A stretch of DNA of 64,000 nucleotides from Pristiophorus japonicus (taxonomy: Eukaryota). Shown here one piece after another: positions 12,511-26,264 of the stretch. A program made the translations under genes and the position numbers. Under the pieces are notes generated by a model. The model was given only the letters and a program-made list of their open reading frames with translations, was not told where the DNA came from and did not search any database. Location: positions 20,150,001 to 20,214,000 of the forward strand of contig NC_091995.1 of the NCBI RefSeq assembly GCF_044704955.1, read 5' to 3'. The stretch's first letter is position 1; every line of letters begins with the position of its first letter.

Positions 12511-14131
12511 TGGACCATTACTTCACCTTTTCAGGCAAGGAACAGAAATAAATAAAGTACATTGCCCAAGAATGTCCGCTTTGAGCGCAATCAGAAATTC
12601 GGGCCCAAATTACGTCAGTTTTGAGAAGTTTTATTTTCCGTACTTTGCCCGTGGATCCCAAATACCAGTTTTGCTCTATTTATTGCCCCACCCAAGAACA
12701 AGGCCCAATTATTGGGAGACAGTAAATGAAAGTGCAGTTAAATGAAAGGTGTTGCACACAGTGATGAGTTGTGCGCCCAGCGTCATTCTGTCCAAAGTAA
12801 ACCAACAAAGTGAGTGCGCTGGGTTGTTAGTGAACCGTTAACCTTTTTCTCTCCACTTTCCATATTTGCATCTCAGCACTTTGTGAGCAGGAAAGAGTTG
12901 CCTATAGGCAGGAAGAACAAGAAATGTACCACAAATAACAGCATTCCTCACCACCTCACACACTTCACCTTTTTTGTATTGGTTCACACCTTGAGCACAA
13001 CATATTCCCAAGTGTACAGAGTTTGAGTGAGTATACAGAGAAAAACATAGAAGTTACAACATGGACACAGGCCATTTGATAAATCCGTCCATGTCAGCAT
13101 TTACCCTCCACCAAAACCAGTAATTCTATTCACATTTAACCGTCCTGTTCCCATATCGCACTCGGTAACAATCAGAGGGTCTAAGGAGCAGGAAGGGTGT
13201 TGGTAACGATCGGAGGCGAGCGGGAGCTGGGGTCAGGAATGATTTGGGACAGAATAGCAAATCGGGGGTCAGAGCAGCGGTTGGTCGATTGGATGGCCGG
13301 AGAAGCGAGCGGTGGAGCAGGACTGGGGAACAATTGGAGCGCCAGTGTAGCAGATCGGAGGACGAGGGAAGCGGGTGTACTGAAAGATCGTGTTGCGGAG
13401 AAGGAGATTGGGGTCTTGAACGATCGGGGGCCGGAATCACGTATTGGGAACTGGAAGATTGGGTGGGATCAGGAATGACCGGGGACCAGAGGACAAGCAG
13501 GGTTCCAGAGCAGCAGATCGGGGACCGCAGGGAATGTGGGGGGCGGATTCGGAATATCCAGGAGGTGGGTGAGGCAGACGACATCGGAGGACGGGAGGAA
13601 CATGGGGAGGGGGGATCGGAGGCCTCGGGGCTTGTCCGATCGTGGGGAGGGGGTGAGGCAGGGACACTGGATCCAGGAGGTAAGTGTAAAGGTGCTTACC
13701 TCCTGGATCCAGCAGTACTCACCTTCCATTAGCTGGCGGCTTTCACCAGGCCTGAAAAACCCAACCAGCTGCAGTTACATTTAAAATGGAGGTTAAATCT
13801 GAGGCACGCCAGCCTCATTATAATATTTAAATGTTGACCCGCCTCCTGGGAGCGGATTGGCTGCCCGGCCCCGCCCCGCCTCCGTTAATACTGGAAGTGG
13901 GCGGGTTGGAGGCGGGTTCTGGTCAGGATTCAGATTTTAACACTTTAACTTCCCACCCGACCACAACCCACCCGTTTTTGGGTTAAAATTCCCCCATTGT
14001 CACTCGGTTGTACCCGCCCTGACCTCAGGTGACATTGGGACCATCCGCACCACCTGTGACTGAGACCGACGACCATCAGTTTGCAGCTGGCAGGAGGCAG
14101 GTAGGTGGTGTGAAATTATGGGATGGACAGG

Positions 14132-17100
14132 TTAGTGACCTTTGACCCCGCAGATTGTCAGTGGGGCGGAGTTTTTCCCGCCGTCACTCTGTCCCGGACA
14201 GAAGATGGGAAAGAGTGTCTCAGTGAAAGTGTGGGTGAAGGTGTGGAGTTGGGACATGTTGTCCACATTGTAAAATGACACCTGTCCCCTCTCATAGTCC
14301 AGGAACACCCCGATCTTCCGGGGATCCCCATTCGGGGTGAGGGGGGTATCAGAGGGGGAGGTGAAGGCAACATAGCCACTTCCGGGATAAAGCCCCACAG
14401 TCCAGTATCCGGCCTCAGGTCTCAGGCTGATTCCCCCTTTCCTGTTGACAGACTCTCGGGCCACTCCCACAACCCACCGTGTCTTGTTCCCCACCTCCAC
14501 CTCCCAGTAGTGTCTCCCTGATGTGAATCCCTCCGATCCCAGGACACGGAGACGGCGATCAAACCTCTCCGGGGTGTCAGGGAGCTCCTGCTGTTTGTCT
14601 CCGTCTCTCACACTGGTCCGGTCCTCAGACACGATGAGCCAGGGATTCGCTGTGTTCAGATCCAGAGTCAGAGAGGCTGGAGCTGGGGGAAAGTTACAAT
14701 AACACAGTGAGCGGTTTAGTTTGTTGCTGTGATTTATTCAAACACTTCCCCTTTTTAAAGTAGCCATTCGGGGGATTCCCGGGAACTGCGGTATGTTTAA
14801 AGGGCTCCAGGTTCTGTTATTGGAATCTGCTCTGACCCGGGGGTTTACACTCCTGGGGTCGCTCTGACCTCTGCTGACCACTGCGATCTGACCAGGAACT
14901 CTGCGGCCCCCGGTCCCCTGCTGTTCTCAGCGGCTGCACAGTGACCCAGGGACCTTCAGAAACACACAGGGAATCGGCACCAGAGGCTACGGCGGGGCTT
15001 CCGAACGGAAGAGGGGGAAAGGTACAGGCACCGGATGGGAAGAGAGAAGGGAAGGGAAAAGGGGAAAAGAAGCAAAAGTGGGGGAACTGCTGCAGAGGGA
15101 AAGAGAGAACCCAGAGGAGGAGGGAAAATAACTTTATATAAAAATACTCAGCAGAGGCAGAGAAAGAGGAGATTGGACAGAGGAAGGGAGGAGAGGAGCT
15201 GCCGCAGGGGGAAAGGGAAAGAGCGAGATAAAGAATTCAAGGAGAGAAAATGAGAAAAGTAGATGCAAGAGAAGAGAGAATTGGACAGAGAGGCTACGGC
15301 CCACAACTCGATCTGTCCAACAACCTGACCAGGAAGACAAGAAACACTGCAACAACCAGGTAGTCCCAGATTCAGAGACACAACATGAAACAAGCAGCCT
15401 GGACACAGCACCCTCAGAACACACCAGGTTTATGAGTGAGTGGGTGGGACAAATGCTGGCCACCTTCTCCTCAGCCAAGAGCAGAGGACAGTCACACTAA
15501 TTGTTAAGTTCAGAATAACTCCACAAGACTGTGTTGTAAGCTCAATCCATTGTGACCTTGGTCTCTTTCATATAACTCCAAAGTGAGGCAGCAACATGGT
15601 GGCCTGCTTTTTATACCTGCTTGCACCAGGGTACACAGGTGACCCATAGGTCTCCCACAGGTGTGCCCTCTAGTGGCAAGTCTTACACACAGGTGAGGTT
15701 CACATACATAACATCACTTCCCCCCAAAGTTTTGAGTACAAGTTATTTACAGGTTGAGGCGATCTGGCGGTCTGCGTTCCCTGGTCGATCGCCTGAGTTG
15801 ACACCTGGCATGGGTAAGTTGGTCGGGTCATCGCTGCACGGAAGCTGGGCTGGTCTGGTCGGACTGTCGGGCAAGGTGGGTTCATTCTCGTGGTTGACAC
15901 CGAGGTCAATTGCTGGTTGGGTGTGTGTCGGTGGATCATAGATGGTCGGGTCTTCCTCAAACTGGTCTTGGTCGTCCGTGAATCGCAGTTTGGTCTGATC
16001 CAGGTGCTTTCTGCACGTTTGCCCATTCAACAATTTCACAACAAACACTCGATTCCCCTCCTAGGCTAAGATAGTGCCAGCAATCCACTTGGGACCGTGA
16101 CCATAATTTAGAACAAACACAGGGTCATTGACTTCAATGTCACGCGAGGCCGCCACGCGATCATGGTACACATTATATCTGTGCCCCCGGGTTTCTACGT
16201 GATCATTGAGGTCCGGGTGGACTGAGGAGAGCCTGGTTTTCAGTGCTCTCTTCATTAACAATTCTGCAGGGGGAACCCCACTGAGCGAGTGGGGACACGT
16301 CCGGTAGCTGAGCAGCTCGATAACCGGGTCTGCAAGGAGCCAGCCGTTACACGTCTCAAGCATTGGATGCGGGCTTAAATGGGACAGACCTGACATGCTT
16401 GATGCCATTGCAGGTCATGAACTCGTTGAATTCCGAGCTGGTGAAACATGGTCCATTGTCACTGACAAGGAGGTCGGGCAACCCATGGGTGGCGGACATG
16501 GCCCTGAGGCTTTCAATGGTGGCAGTGGACGTATGCAATGACATTATTATACATTCAATCCATTTTGAGTAAGCATCCACTGCTATGAAAAATATCTTCC
16601 CTAGAAAGGGGCCAGTGAAATCTACGTGGACCCTGGACCATGGTTTGGAGGGCCATGACCACAGACTCAGTGGGGCCTCCCTGGGTGCGTTGCTGAGCTG
16701 TGAGCAAGCGTTACATTGGTGTACGAATGACTCTAATTTGGAGTCAATGCCGGACCACCAGACTTGCGACCTGGCAATAGCCTTTATCATGTCTATGGCT
16801 GGATGGGTACTGTGTAGGTCGCGTATAAATGTTTCTCTGCCTTTTTGGACAAAATCACGCGATTCCCCCATAGGAGGCAATCCAACTGGACTGACAGTTC
16901 GTCCTTGCGGCGGTGAAAAGGCTTGATTTCCTCTTGCATTTCCCCGGGAACCCCCGACCAGCTCCCACTGAAGATGCATCTTTTTACTGGTGATAACAGG
17001 GGGTCTTGGCTGGTCCAGGACCTGATCTGGCGAGCCGTGACGGGTTATCCTTTGCTCTCAAAAGCATCCATTACCAGAAGCAAGTCTGCGGGTTGTGCCA

Positions 17101-20100
17101 TTTCCACCCCGGTGATGGGCAATGGTAGCATCCATTACCAGAAGCAAGTCTGCGGGTTGTACCATTTCCACCCCGGTGATGGGCAATGGTAGCCGACTGA
17201 GGGTGTCAGCGCAGTTCCCTGTGCCTGGTCTGTGGCACATTACATAGTTGTATGTAGACAATGTTAGTGCCCATCCTTGGATGCGGGATGAAGCATTGGT
17301 GTTACATAGAAACATAGAAAATAGGTGCAGGAGTAGGCCATTCGGCCCTTCGAGCCCGCACCACCATTCAATAAGATCATGGCTGATCATTCACCTCAGT
17401 ACCCCTTTCCTGCTTTCTCTCCATACCTCTTAATCCCTTTAGCCGTAAGGGCCATATCTAACTTCCTCTTAAATATATCCAATGAACTGGAATCAACAAC
17501 TCTCTGCGGTCGGGAATTCCACAGATTAACAACTCTCTGACTGAAGAAGTTTCTCCTCATCTCAGTCCTAAATGGCTTACCTCTTATCGTTAGACTGTGT
17601 CCTCTGGTTCTGGACTTCCCCAATTTCAGGAACATTCTTCCTGCATCTAACCTGTCCAGTCCCGTCAGAATTTTATATGTTTCTAAGAGATCCCCTCTCA
17701 TCCTTCTAAACTCCAGTGAATACAAGCCCAGTCGATCCAGTCTCTCCTCATTTGTCAGTCCTGACATCCCGGGAATCAGTCTGGTGAACCTTCGCTGCAC
17801 TCCCTCAATAGCAAAAACGTCCTTCCTCAGATTAGGAGACCAAAACTGAACACAATATTCCAGGTGAGGCCTCACCAAGGCCCTGTATAACTGCAGTAAG
17901 ACCTCCCTGCTCCTCTACTCAAATCCCCTAGCTATGAAGGCCAACATACCATTTGCCTTGTTCACTGCCTGCTGTACCGGCATGCCAACTTCCAATGACT
18001 GATGACCATGACACCCAGGTCTCGTTGCACCTCCCCTTTTCCTAATCTGCCGCCATTCAGATAATATTCTGCCGTCGTGTTTTTGCCCCCAACGTGGATA
18101 CCTTTGCTTTCTGAGAGCAGTGATGTGAGCGGTTTGTGGTCGGTTTCGAGCTCGAACCAGAGACCGAATAGATATTGGTGCATTTTCTTAACCCCGTGTA
18201 CACAAGCCAATGCTTCTTTCTCAACCAGCCTTGGATAAACTTCTGGACACATATGCAACCGGTTGCAGTTTGCCTGACACATTTGCTTGCTGTAACACAC
18301 ACCCGACCCCGTATGACGACGCATCACATGCTAGGACTAAGTGTTTACATGGGTCATACAACACAAGTAATTTGTTAGATTATAGCAGGTTTCTGGCCTT
18401 GTTAAAGGCTGTTTCTTGAGATTTACCCCAAACCCAGGCATCATCCTTGTGTAGCAGCAAATGCAAGGGTTCCAGCAAAGTGCTCAACCCCAGTAGAAAG
18501 TTACCAAAGTAGTTGAGGAGTCCCAGGAACGAACGCAGCTCCATCACGTTCTGTGGCCTGGGTGCATTCTTGATGGCCTCTGTCTTGGAGTCTGTGGGTC
18601 TGATGTCGTCCGCCGCAATCTTTCTCCCCAGAAACTCGACCTCTGGCGCCAGGAAAACACACTTTGAGTGTTTCAGCCTGAGTCCCACTCTGTCCAGTCG
18701 CTTTAGAACCTCTTCCAGGTTGTGCAAATGTTCGGTGGTGTTTCGACCAGTGATCAAGATGTCGTCCTGGAACACCAGTGTACATGGAACCGATTTCAGC
18801 AGACTCTCCATGTTCCTCTTCCGCCGCTGAGCAAATCCCAAAGGGGCATCTGTGGTACAAGAACAGTCCTTTGTGTGTGCTGATGCACGTCAACTTCTTT
18901 GCCGGTTCAGCCAGCTCCTGGGTCATGTACGCGGAGGTTAGGTCTCGCTTGGTGAACAACTGTCCCCCTGCTAGCGTTGGGAATAAGTCCTCCACTTTGG
19001 GTAGCAGGTACTGGTCCTGTAGCACGACTCGGTTGATCGTCACCTTGTAGTCCCCTCAGATTCTGACCGTCCCATCGCTCTTTAATACCGGCACGATTGG
19101 ACTGGCCCACTCGTTGAACTCGACTGGCGATATGAGTCCCTCTCATTGAAGTCTGTCAGCTCGATTTTGACTTTCTCTCGCATCATATATGGGACTGCTC
19201 GGGCCTTGTGATGAACGAGCCGTGCCCCAGGAACAAGGTGGATCTGCACTTTGGTGCCTGTGAAATTGCCGATGCCTGGCTCAAATAACGCTGGGAATTT
19301 GTTTAGCACCGGGGCGCACGGGTCGTCATCCACCGAGGACAGTGCTTTGATGTCGTCCCAGTTCCACCGGATCATGTCTAGCCAGCTCCTGCCGAGCAGC
19401 ATTGGGCCATCGCCTGGCACAATCCATAGTGGTAAGTTATACACCATTCCCTCTTACAATACTTTCACTGTCGCACTGTCAATTATAGGTATGAGTTCTT
19501 TGGTGTAAGTGCGGAGTATAGTGTGAATCGGGCTCAGTTTTGGCCTCTGTGCCTTGTTACTCCACAGTTTCTCAAAGGCCTTCTGACTCATAATCGATTG
19601 ACTTGCCACTGTGTCCAATTCCATGGAGACTGGAATAACATTAAGTTTGACTTTTAACATTATCGGAGGGCTTTTGGTGGTGAAGGTGTGTACACCATAC
19701 ACTTCCTTCTCTTCCTCTGGTTGAGTTGCCTCTCCTGCTCAATCAGCGTGATCCACGCTGGATCGGTCGCTCTCTGCTGACTTTGCCACGTGGGGAGTCT
19801 GAGGTCGCTTGCACATTCGCTGGAGGTGCCCCATTGTTCCACAGCCCCTGCACACTTAGTGCTTGAATCGACATTGATGGGCTCTATGACTGCCCCCACA
19901 GCGCCAGCATGGTGTTAATGGATTCACATTAACACTCCCCAGCAGCCTCTGAGTCACACTGGGCCTGGCCTCTGTGGCCGTGTGGACCCTACCATGTACA
20001 GTCCTGCCTGCTGAAGGCATTATTTTCAGCACAGTACTTGCCGGTGAGCTTCGGTTCTGTGAAGATATCTGTTTCGTGTTGTCGCTCGTGGATGTGAAGA

Positions 20101-23100
20101 CTTGGGCTATTGTGATGGCTCTGCTCAGATCCAGGGATTCGGCAGACAGCAGTTTGCAAAGGATGCCCTTGTCGCCAATTCCCAGCCGAAATAGTCCCGC
20201 AATATTTCCCCCAAGGATCCTGCAAAGTCGCACTGTCCCGCAAGGCGTCTTAGGTCGGCAACGAAACTCGCCACGTTCTGGCCTTCGGAGCGACCGTGCG
20301 TGTAAAAGCGGTACCTGGCCATCAGGATGCTCTCCTTTGGCTTGAGGTGCTCCTTAGCCAGAGTGCACAGCTCTGCGTACGGTTTCTCCGTTAGTTTGAC
20401 CGGTGCCAGCAAATTCTTAAGGAGGCCATATACCGATGACCCACATACGGTGAGGAGAATCGTCCTGCGCTTGATCTCTGTTTCAGCAGGGTCCACTTCG
20501 TTGGCCACAAAGTACTGGTTGAGGCGCTCAATGAAGGTTTCCCAATCATCACCCTCAACAAATCTCTCAAGAATACCAACGGCAGCCATTTCTGCGTGAA
20601 GCTTCGGGATCTGTAACTCGTCACCAGTTGTTAAGTTCAGAATAACTGCACGAGACTGTGTTGTAAGCTCAAACCATTGTGACCTTGGTCTCTTTTATAT
20701 AACTCCAAAGTGAGACAGCAACATGGTGGCCTGCCTTTTATACCTGCTTGCACCAGGGTACACAGGTGGCCCATAGATCTCCCACAGGTGTGCCCTCTAG
20801 TGGCAAGTCTTACACACAGGTGAGGTTCACATACATAACTCTAATCACCTGCAACCTCCCCATTACTCTGGAGAGACACATTCCTGGAGAAGGAGGCCGC
20901 TCCATCCGAATGAAATTTGATGAACAGGAGAACCCAAAGTGATGCTTCAGTTCAGTGTCCCGAATGAGGAGTCCCCACATCAGCATTCCTCACACTCGAC
21001 CCACCTATGGACAGCACAGGAACCAGGAGTGGAGACCCAAACTGTGCTCTTCACTCCAAACAGGACAAGCTCCCAGCGGACACAGGACACGAGGACCAGC
21101 AGCCGGAGCAATCCGAGATCAGTGTGGTGTCCTGGGCCTAGAGGATGTACGGTGGGCCCACACCCCAAAGAGAAAGAATTCACCTTCTCCTTGAACCCAC
21201 ACAAGACACACTCCAGGATCGGCTACTCCTCCCTGAAGCATCCCGTCTATCCCGCCTAACCTGTTGTGATAGGAGGTAAACAGGACTTGCACCAATTATC
21301 CTCCATTCAGTCCTCTGAGCCTCAAACATGACTCAGAGTTCCTGCCTACCTCTGGGCAAAGCTCATCTCCTCACATATACCCTGAGGTGGAAAATGCAGG
21401 ACTGAACTATTGCACATGGTCACTCTGTGCCCTAATCTCAGACGGTGAGCTCTGACCTGGAAAATCCACACCAACTGACACCCACCCTACCAAAGTTAAC
21501 ATCCCATAATCCCGGAGCTTTCTCCCCTCCGACTGAACCTCCCACACCCTGTACTGGAGACACAGAACCAGATACTCTGAAATTCATCACAATCATGTCA
21601 ATACATAAGAAAAGTAAGGTTATCCCCACATGGTCACCATACACACTCCTTAATGCTGCCTATAAAATATTGGCCAAGGTCCTGACCTCCAGACTAGACA
21701 CGGACATCAGTGATCATTTAATCTGGGGTCTGGGAGCCGGTTTAGGCTCCTCTCATCTGGGTTTATAAATCAGGGAAAGGAATATCAGAGTTTTACCGGG
21801 GTTAATGGTGTCTATCATTTCTCTCCACGCTGTGTACTGTAAAGGGCCGTTGAACTTTCCGATCGACAGCTTGTCATCTGCCAATGATAGTTTATAATAA
21901 TCCTCACCAGTCCTGTAAATATTAAACAGTTGATGTTATAAATTGACCATAAACACTTTGCTGAGTTATTTTACTAAATTGTGCAGAGTTTCAGTAAACA
22001 GTTTGTCCTACCTCCTCTTCTGACACGTTTCCTCCTGAAATCAATAAAACACAAATCTGAGTTGACGGAGACTGACCGTCTATATCCGGACAGCAGAAAT
22101 TACACCCACATTGTTACAAGATGCTGATAATTCCCAATTCTCACTGCCGGGACCACACAGATAGAAAGAGGATATATTTGAAAATCAGACAGCAGAAATT
22201 TCAGGAAAAATTATTAAAATCATTTGGGAGAAAGAGGTTGCAGTTGGAAAATGTGATTTGTGTTGTCAGGTTGTGGAAATGAACACCAGTCTCACTCAGA
22301 GACACAGTGACTCTCACACCCACCGTACCAGACACACCCACACACTCACACAATGTAACTGGACCAGGAATGTAATTCGGGATCCAGGAGGGGTTACTGA
22401 GCCCGATCGTGTAACATCAGTACAGATACAGTCAGGAACCATTATCCTCGGCAGTTCCTCGGAATCGAGGAAGATTTGCTTCCACTCTAAAAGTGAGTTC
22501 TTAGATAACTGAACAGTCCAATACTGGAATTACAGTCTCTGTCACAGGTGGGAGGAGAGGTAGAAGGAAAGGGTGGTTGGGACTGGTTTGCCGCACGCTC
22601 CTTCCGTTGCCTGCGTTTGATTTCTGCATGCTCTCGGCAATGAGACTCGAGGTGCTCAGCGCCCTCCCGGATGCACTTCCTCCACTTAGGGTGGTTTTTG
22701 GCCAGGGACTCCCAAGAGTCGGTGGGGATGTTGCATTTTATCAAGGAGGCTTTGAGGGTGTCCTTGAAATGTTTCCTCTGCCCACCTTGGGCACACTTGC
22801 CGTGTAGGAGTTCCGAGTAGAGCGCTTGTTCTGGGAGTCTTGTGTCAGGCATGCGAACAATGTGGCCCGCCCAGTGGAGCTGGTTGAGTGTGGTCAGTGC
22901 TTCGATGCTGGGGATGTTGGCCTGATCGAGAACGCTAACATTGGTGCGTCTGTCCTCCCAGGGGATTTGCAGGATCTAACCTCTTGGGGAACACAGAAAC
23001 AATTACAAGCTAAGTATAAGATGAGGGCAACTCATTCCCGGATCCTGCAGACAGTGTGGGAGACGGTTAGTTCAGTCACAATAGAAGATCCACCCCGGAA

Positions 23101-25379
23101 TAGATAAAACAATCGGTTTAAATCAGTTTAGAATTTTTCAGCAAATGCTGCATTTATTTCAACATTGTCAGTTATTTTACAACTAACCCGCAATATAATC
23201 CTCACCTTCAGAAATGTCAGCCCGTCTTGTTGCTCCATCTGTTTCTGCAACTTTGAAAGCTGCTCCTCAATAGAATTTAAATTCTCTTGAATTTCTCGAA
23301 GGTTTTTCTCCATTGTATCTACAATCCTCTCCTCTTCTCCCCTGAGATCTCTGATTAAACGCTGCTCTTTCTCAGTGAGAATCTGGTGCATTTTAGCGAA
23401 CTCGGATGTGATGTGGGTCTGCAGACTGCTCGACTGTTCCTACCAAATGAAAGGTGAAAAATAATCCTGTCCTGTGATCAAGTCACAAATGACATCCTTT
23501 GTGACTGTGACAAAGGTAAACTAGCCCTCCGCGTCCTTCTCGACCTGTCTGCAGCCTTTGACACGGTTAACCACTCCATCCTCCCCCAATGCCTCTCCAC
23601 CATCGTCCAGCTGGGTGGGACTGCACTCGCCTGATTCCATTCTTATCTATCTAATCGTAGCCAGAGAATCGCTTGCAATGGCTTCTCTTCCCACTCCCGT
23701 ATCGTTACATTTGTGGTCACCCAAGGATTTATCCTTAGTCCCCTCCTATTTCTCATCTATATACTGCCCCTTGGCGACATCATCAGAAAACACAACGTCA
23801 GTTTCCACATGTACACTGATGACACCCAGCTCTACCTCACCACCACTTCTCTCGACCCATCCATGGTCTCCTTGTCTGACATCCAAATCTGGAGGAACAG
23901 AAATGTTCTCCAATTTAATATTGGGAAGACCAAAGGCATTGTTTTCGGTTCCCGCCACAAACTCCGTTCCCGAGCCACTGACTCCATCCCTCTCCCCAAC
24001 TTCTGTCTGAGACTGAACCTCGCTGTTCACAACCTCGGTGTTATATTCACCCTGAAATGAGCTTCTGACCACATATCTACAGCATAACTAAGACCACCTA
24101 TTTCCAACTACTTAACATCACCCGTCTCCGCCCCTGCCTCAGCTCATCTGCTGCTGATGCCCTCATCCATGCGTTTGTAACCTTTAGGCTTGACAAATCC
24201 AACGCATTCCTGGCTGGCCTCCCACATTCTACCCTACGTAAACAAGAGGTGATCCAAATCTTGGCTGCCCATGTCCTAAATCGCACCAAGTCCCGTTCAC
24301 CCATCAGCCCTGTGCTCGCTGACCTACAATGGCTTCCGGTTGAGCAACGCCTCGATTTCAAATTTCTCATTGTTATTTTCAAATCTCTCCATGTCCTCGC
24401 CCCTCCCTATCTCTGTAATCTCCTCCAGACTCACAACCCTCCAAGATGTCTGCGCTCCTCTAATTCTGCCCTTGAGCATCCCTGATTATAATCTCTCAAC
24501 CATTGGTGGCCGTGCCTTCTGTTACCTAAGCCCCAAACTCTGGAACTCCCTGCCTAAACATCTCCGCCTCTCTACCTCTCTTTCCTCCTTCATGACACTC
24601 GTTAAAACCTCCCTCTTTGACCCAGCTTTTGGTCACCTGCGCTTATTTCTACATATGCTGCTTGGTGTCAAATGTTTATCTCATACTACTCCCGTGAAAC
24701 GCTGTGTAATACAAGTTGTTGTTGTTGTTGTTAAAGGAACAAAACTAACCGAGATCCCAGAAAATCAGCACAGGGAGAGCTTACCCTAACTTCGGAAATC
24801 TGCCGTTTCTGTTTCCGTTCTGTTTCTAGAACCGCCGATTTCTTCTCTGTCAGAGATTCTAAAGAGGATTTCAGCTGATCCTGGGGTTGGGAGAAAATCA
24901 CAGAATGAAAGGGCTGGACCAGGAAAATGTGATAAAATAATCAGGTGATAAAATCTGTTCTATTTTACCTTGTAGATTACAACAGCTTCTTTAATCGACA
25001 TGAAGGTGTGAGCTTTGTGTTCCCGCGAAACGACACAAGTCAAACAGATCAGTTTCTTGTCAGTTTCACAAAACAGCTTCAGTTCTTCCTGATGTTCCTC
25101 ACAGTGAAGTATATTTTCCTTCTCTCTCGGATTCAGGGTTAATTTTCGAGCTTTCTCCGACAGACTGGACAAGGCCCGACTGGTCCTGAGGTTTATTTCT
25201 GGAAACTCCTCTCTACATTCCGGGCAGGAGTTTGCCTCCTTCTTTTCCCAACACCGTGTGATACAGGAGCGGCAGAAGTTGTGTCCACAGTCCAGTGAAA
25301 CCGGATCGGTGAAGAATTCCAGACAAATGGGACAAGTTACCTCCTCAGTCCAACTCTCGGGCTGCTGCTTGGAAACCAT
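14132..25379 (-). CDS. TRIM E3 ligase, RING-Bbox2-CC-PRY/SPRY (TRIM39/TRIM69/A33-like), 476 aa; exons 25379-24969, 24880-24785, 23439-23206, 22034-22012, 21912-21797, 14682-14132
   Basis: C3HC4 RING ([17 protein letters not shown]), B-box (CEEH..C..C..C..H..H), PRY/SPRY ([22 protein letters not shown]). Exons of 411/96/234/23/116/551 bp have GT-AG ends and compatible phases; no stops. Confidence 0.93.
15502..20840 (-). mobile_element. Full-length decayed Ty3/Gypsy LTR retrotransposon in TRIM intron 5
   Basis: 212-bp LTRs (15502-15713, 20629-20840), CTAAT TSD, PBS TGGTGACGAG. Gag with CCHC ([13 protein letters not shown]), protease (LDTVAS), RT (FQDD), RNase H and integrase ([14 protein letters not shown]) in broken frames. 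Confidence 0.95.
17304..18098 (-). mobile_element. CR1 3' fragment nested in the Gypsy pol
   Basis: [13 protein letters not shown]...GYGEKAG plus (CATAGAAA)n tail. Confidence 0.92.
20846..21710 (+). mobile_element. L1/Tx1-like remnant (may continue left of the Gypsy at ~14900-15496)
   Basis: [22 protein letters not shown] resembles the L1/Tx1 RT-proximal motif; boundaries uncertain. Confidence 0.45.
22440..22980 (-). mobile_element. RTE LINE 3' fragment
   Basis: [15 protein letters not shown]...FKDTLKASL...RTH, homologous to 44910-45440. Confidence 0.9.
23480..24730 (+). mobile_element. L2 LINE 3' fragment in TRIM intron 2
   Basis: [34 protein letters not shown], (GTT)n tail. Confidence 0.9.
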
Positions 25380-25450
25380 GTTCACACTCAGCACTTCCTG
25401 ATTCAACCCCCTTTCAGTCTCAATGTTGCTGAGCTCCAGCTGGATCCTGT

Positions 25451-25464
25451 CACTAGGTGGCGCT
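25451..25464 (+). promoter_or_regulatory. CTCF-like motif upstream of TRIM1
   Basis: CACTAGGTGGCGCT; kept in inverse orientation in the paralog at 60848-60861. Confidence 0.55.
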
Positions 25465-26264
25465 GCTGGACAATATTTCTCAACCAAGGATTTTTGTCGG
25501 TTTCCTGAAAAAGATTTTGTTGCGGGAAAACCACACATTTGATTTCTGTGCAGTGAAGGGCCGTATTAAACAAACCGATTTACTCTGTGCATCAGTTTAA
25601 TGTCGTCATCAATCACAGGCAGTCCCTCGAACGAGGATGACTTGCTTCCACAAGAGTTCAAAGACGTTTCAATGAAGGACCTGATGTTCCAGTCCTGAAC
25701 TCCAGTTGAGGGGGTGGAAGATGTCTGTGCGTGGATTGTTTAAACGTGTGGTGACCGTTGCACATCAGCCACCACACGGGCTTGACAGAGCTCAGCCTTT
25801 ATCCAGTGGCAAGGGTTAACCAGGACGACTGGAGACCTGCTCTGCTGCACGGACCTAGTGCGCACACATATCGCAGTGTGGGCTGGTCCGTGCTGCCCCT
25901 GGGCCCTCGGCTGTTCTGGGTCCATGCCTTCATTCGCTGCACCTTCACCCACAATGTCCAGGGCCTGGTGCTCCAGCTCTATTTATAGCCCCGACCTGCA
26001 GTGGTGTTCTCACAGGTCAGGGCGGCCCATGATGTCCCAGGGCCTGGTGATTAATTAGAGAAGGGGAAGGGATGCTGGTCAGATCACTGCCTTTAATTAA
26101 CACGGTGCGTCGGGGCGGGGGGTACAAGGTGCTGGGGTGTGGTCTGACCAGCATTTTAACCAACCATCGCAAGTCTGTGATTCCTCGCCTGGGAAATCCG
26201 GGCTTCAAATTGCATGTTTCAGGGGATAAAATAGTGATTATGAAGACGATGTTAAATAAAATGG

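Noticed and set aside
13126-14000. GC-rich overlapping ORFs downstream of TRIM1
   Set aside because: Low-complexity GATCGG-rich, transposon-like remnant with no recognisable domain
25380-25538. 53-aa N-terminal extension of TRIM1 in the ORF track
   Set aside because: Non-ATG start; the frame is broken by the 16-bp duplication in the paralog; ATG at 25379 gives the 411-bp exon shared by both copies
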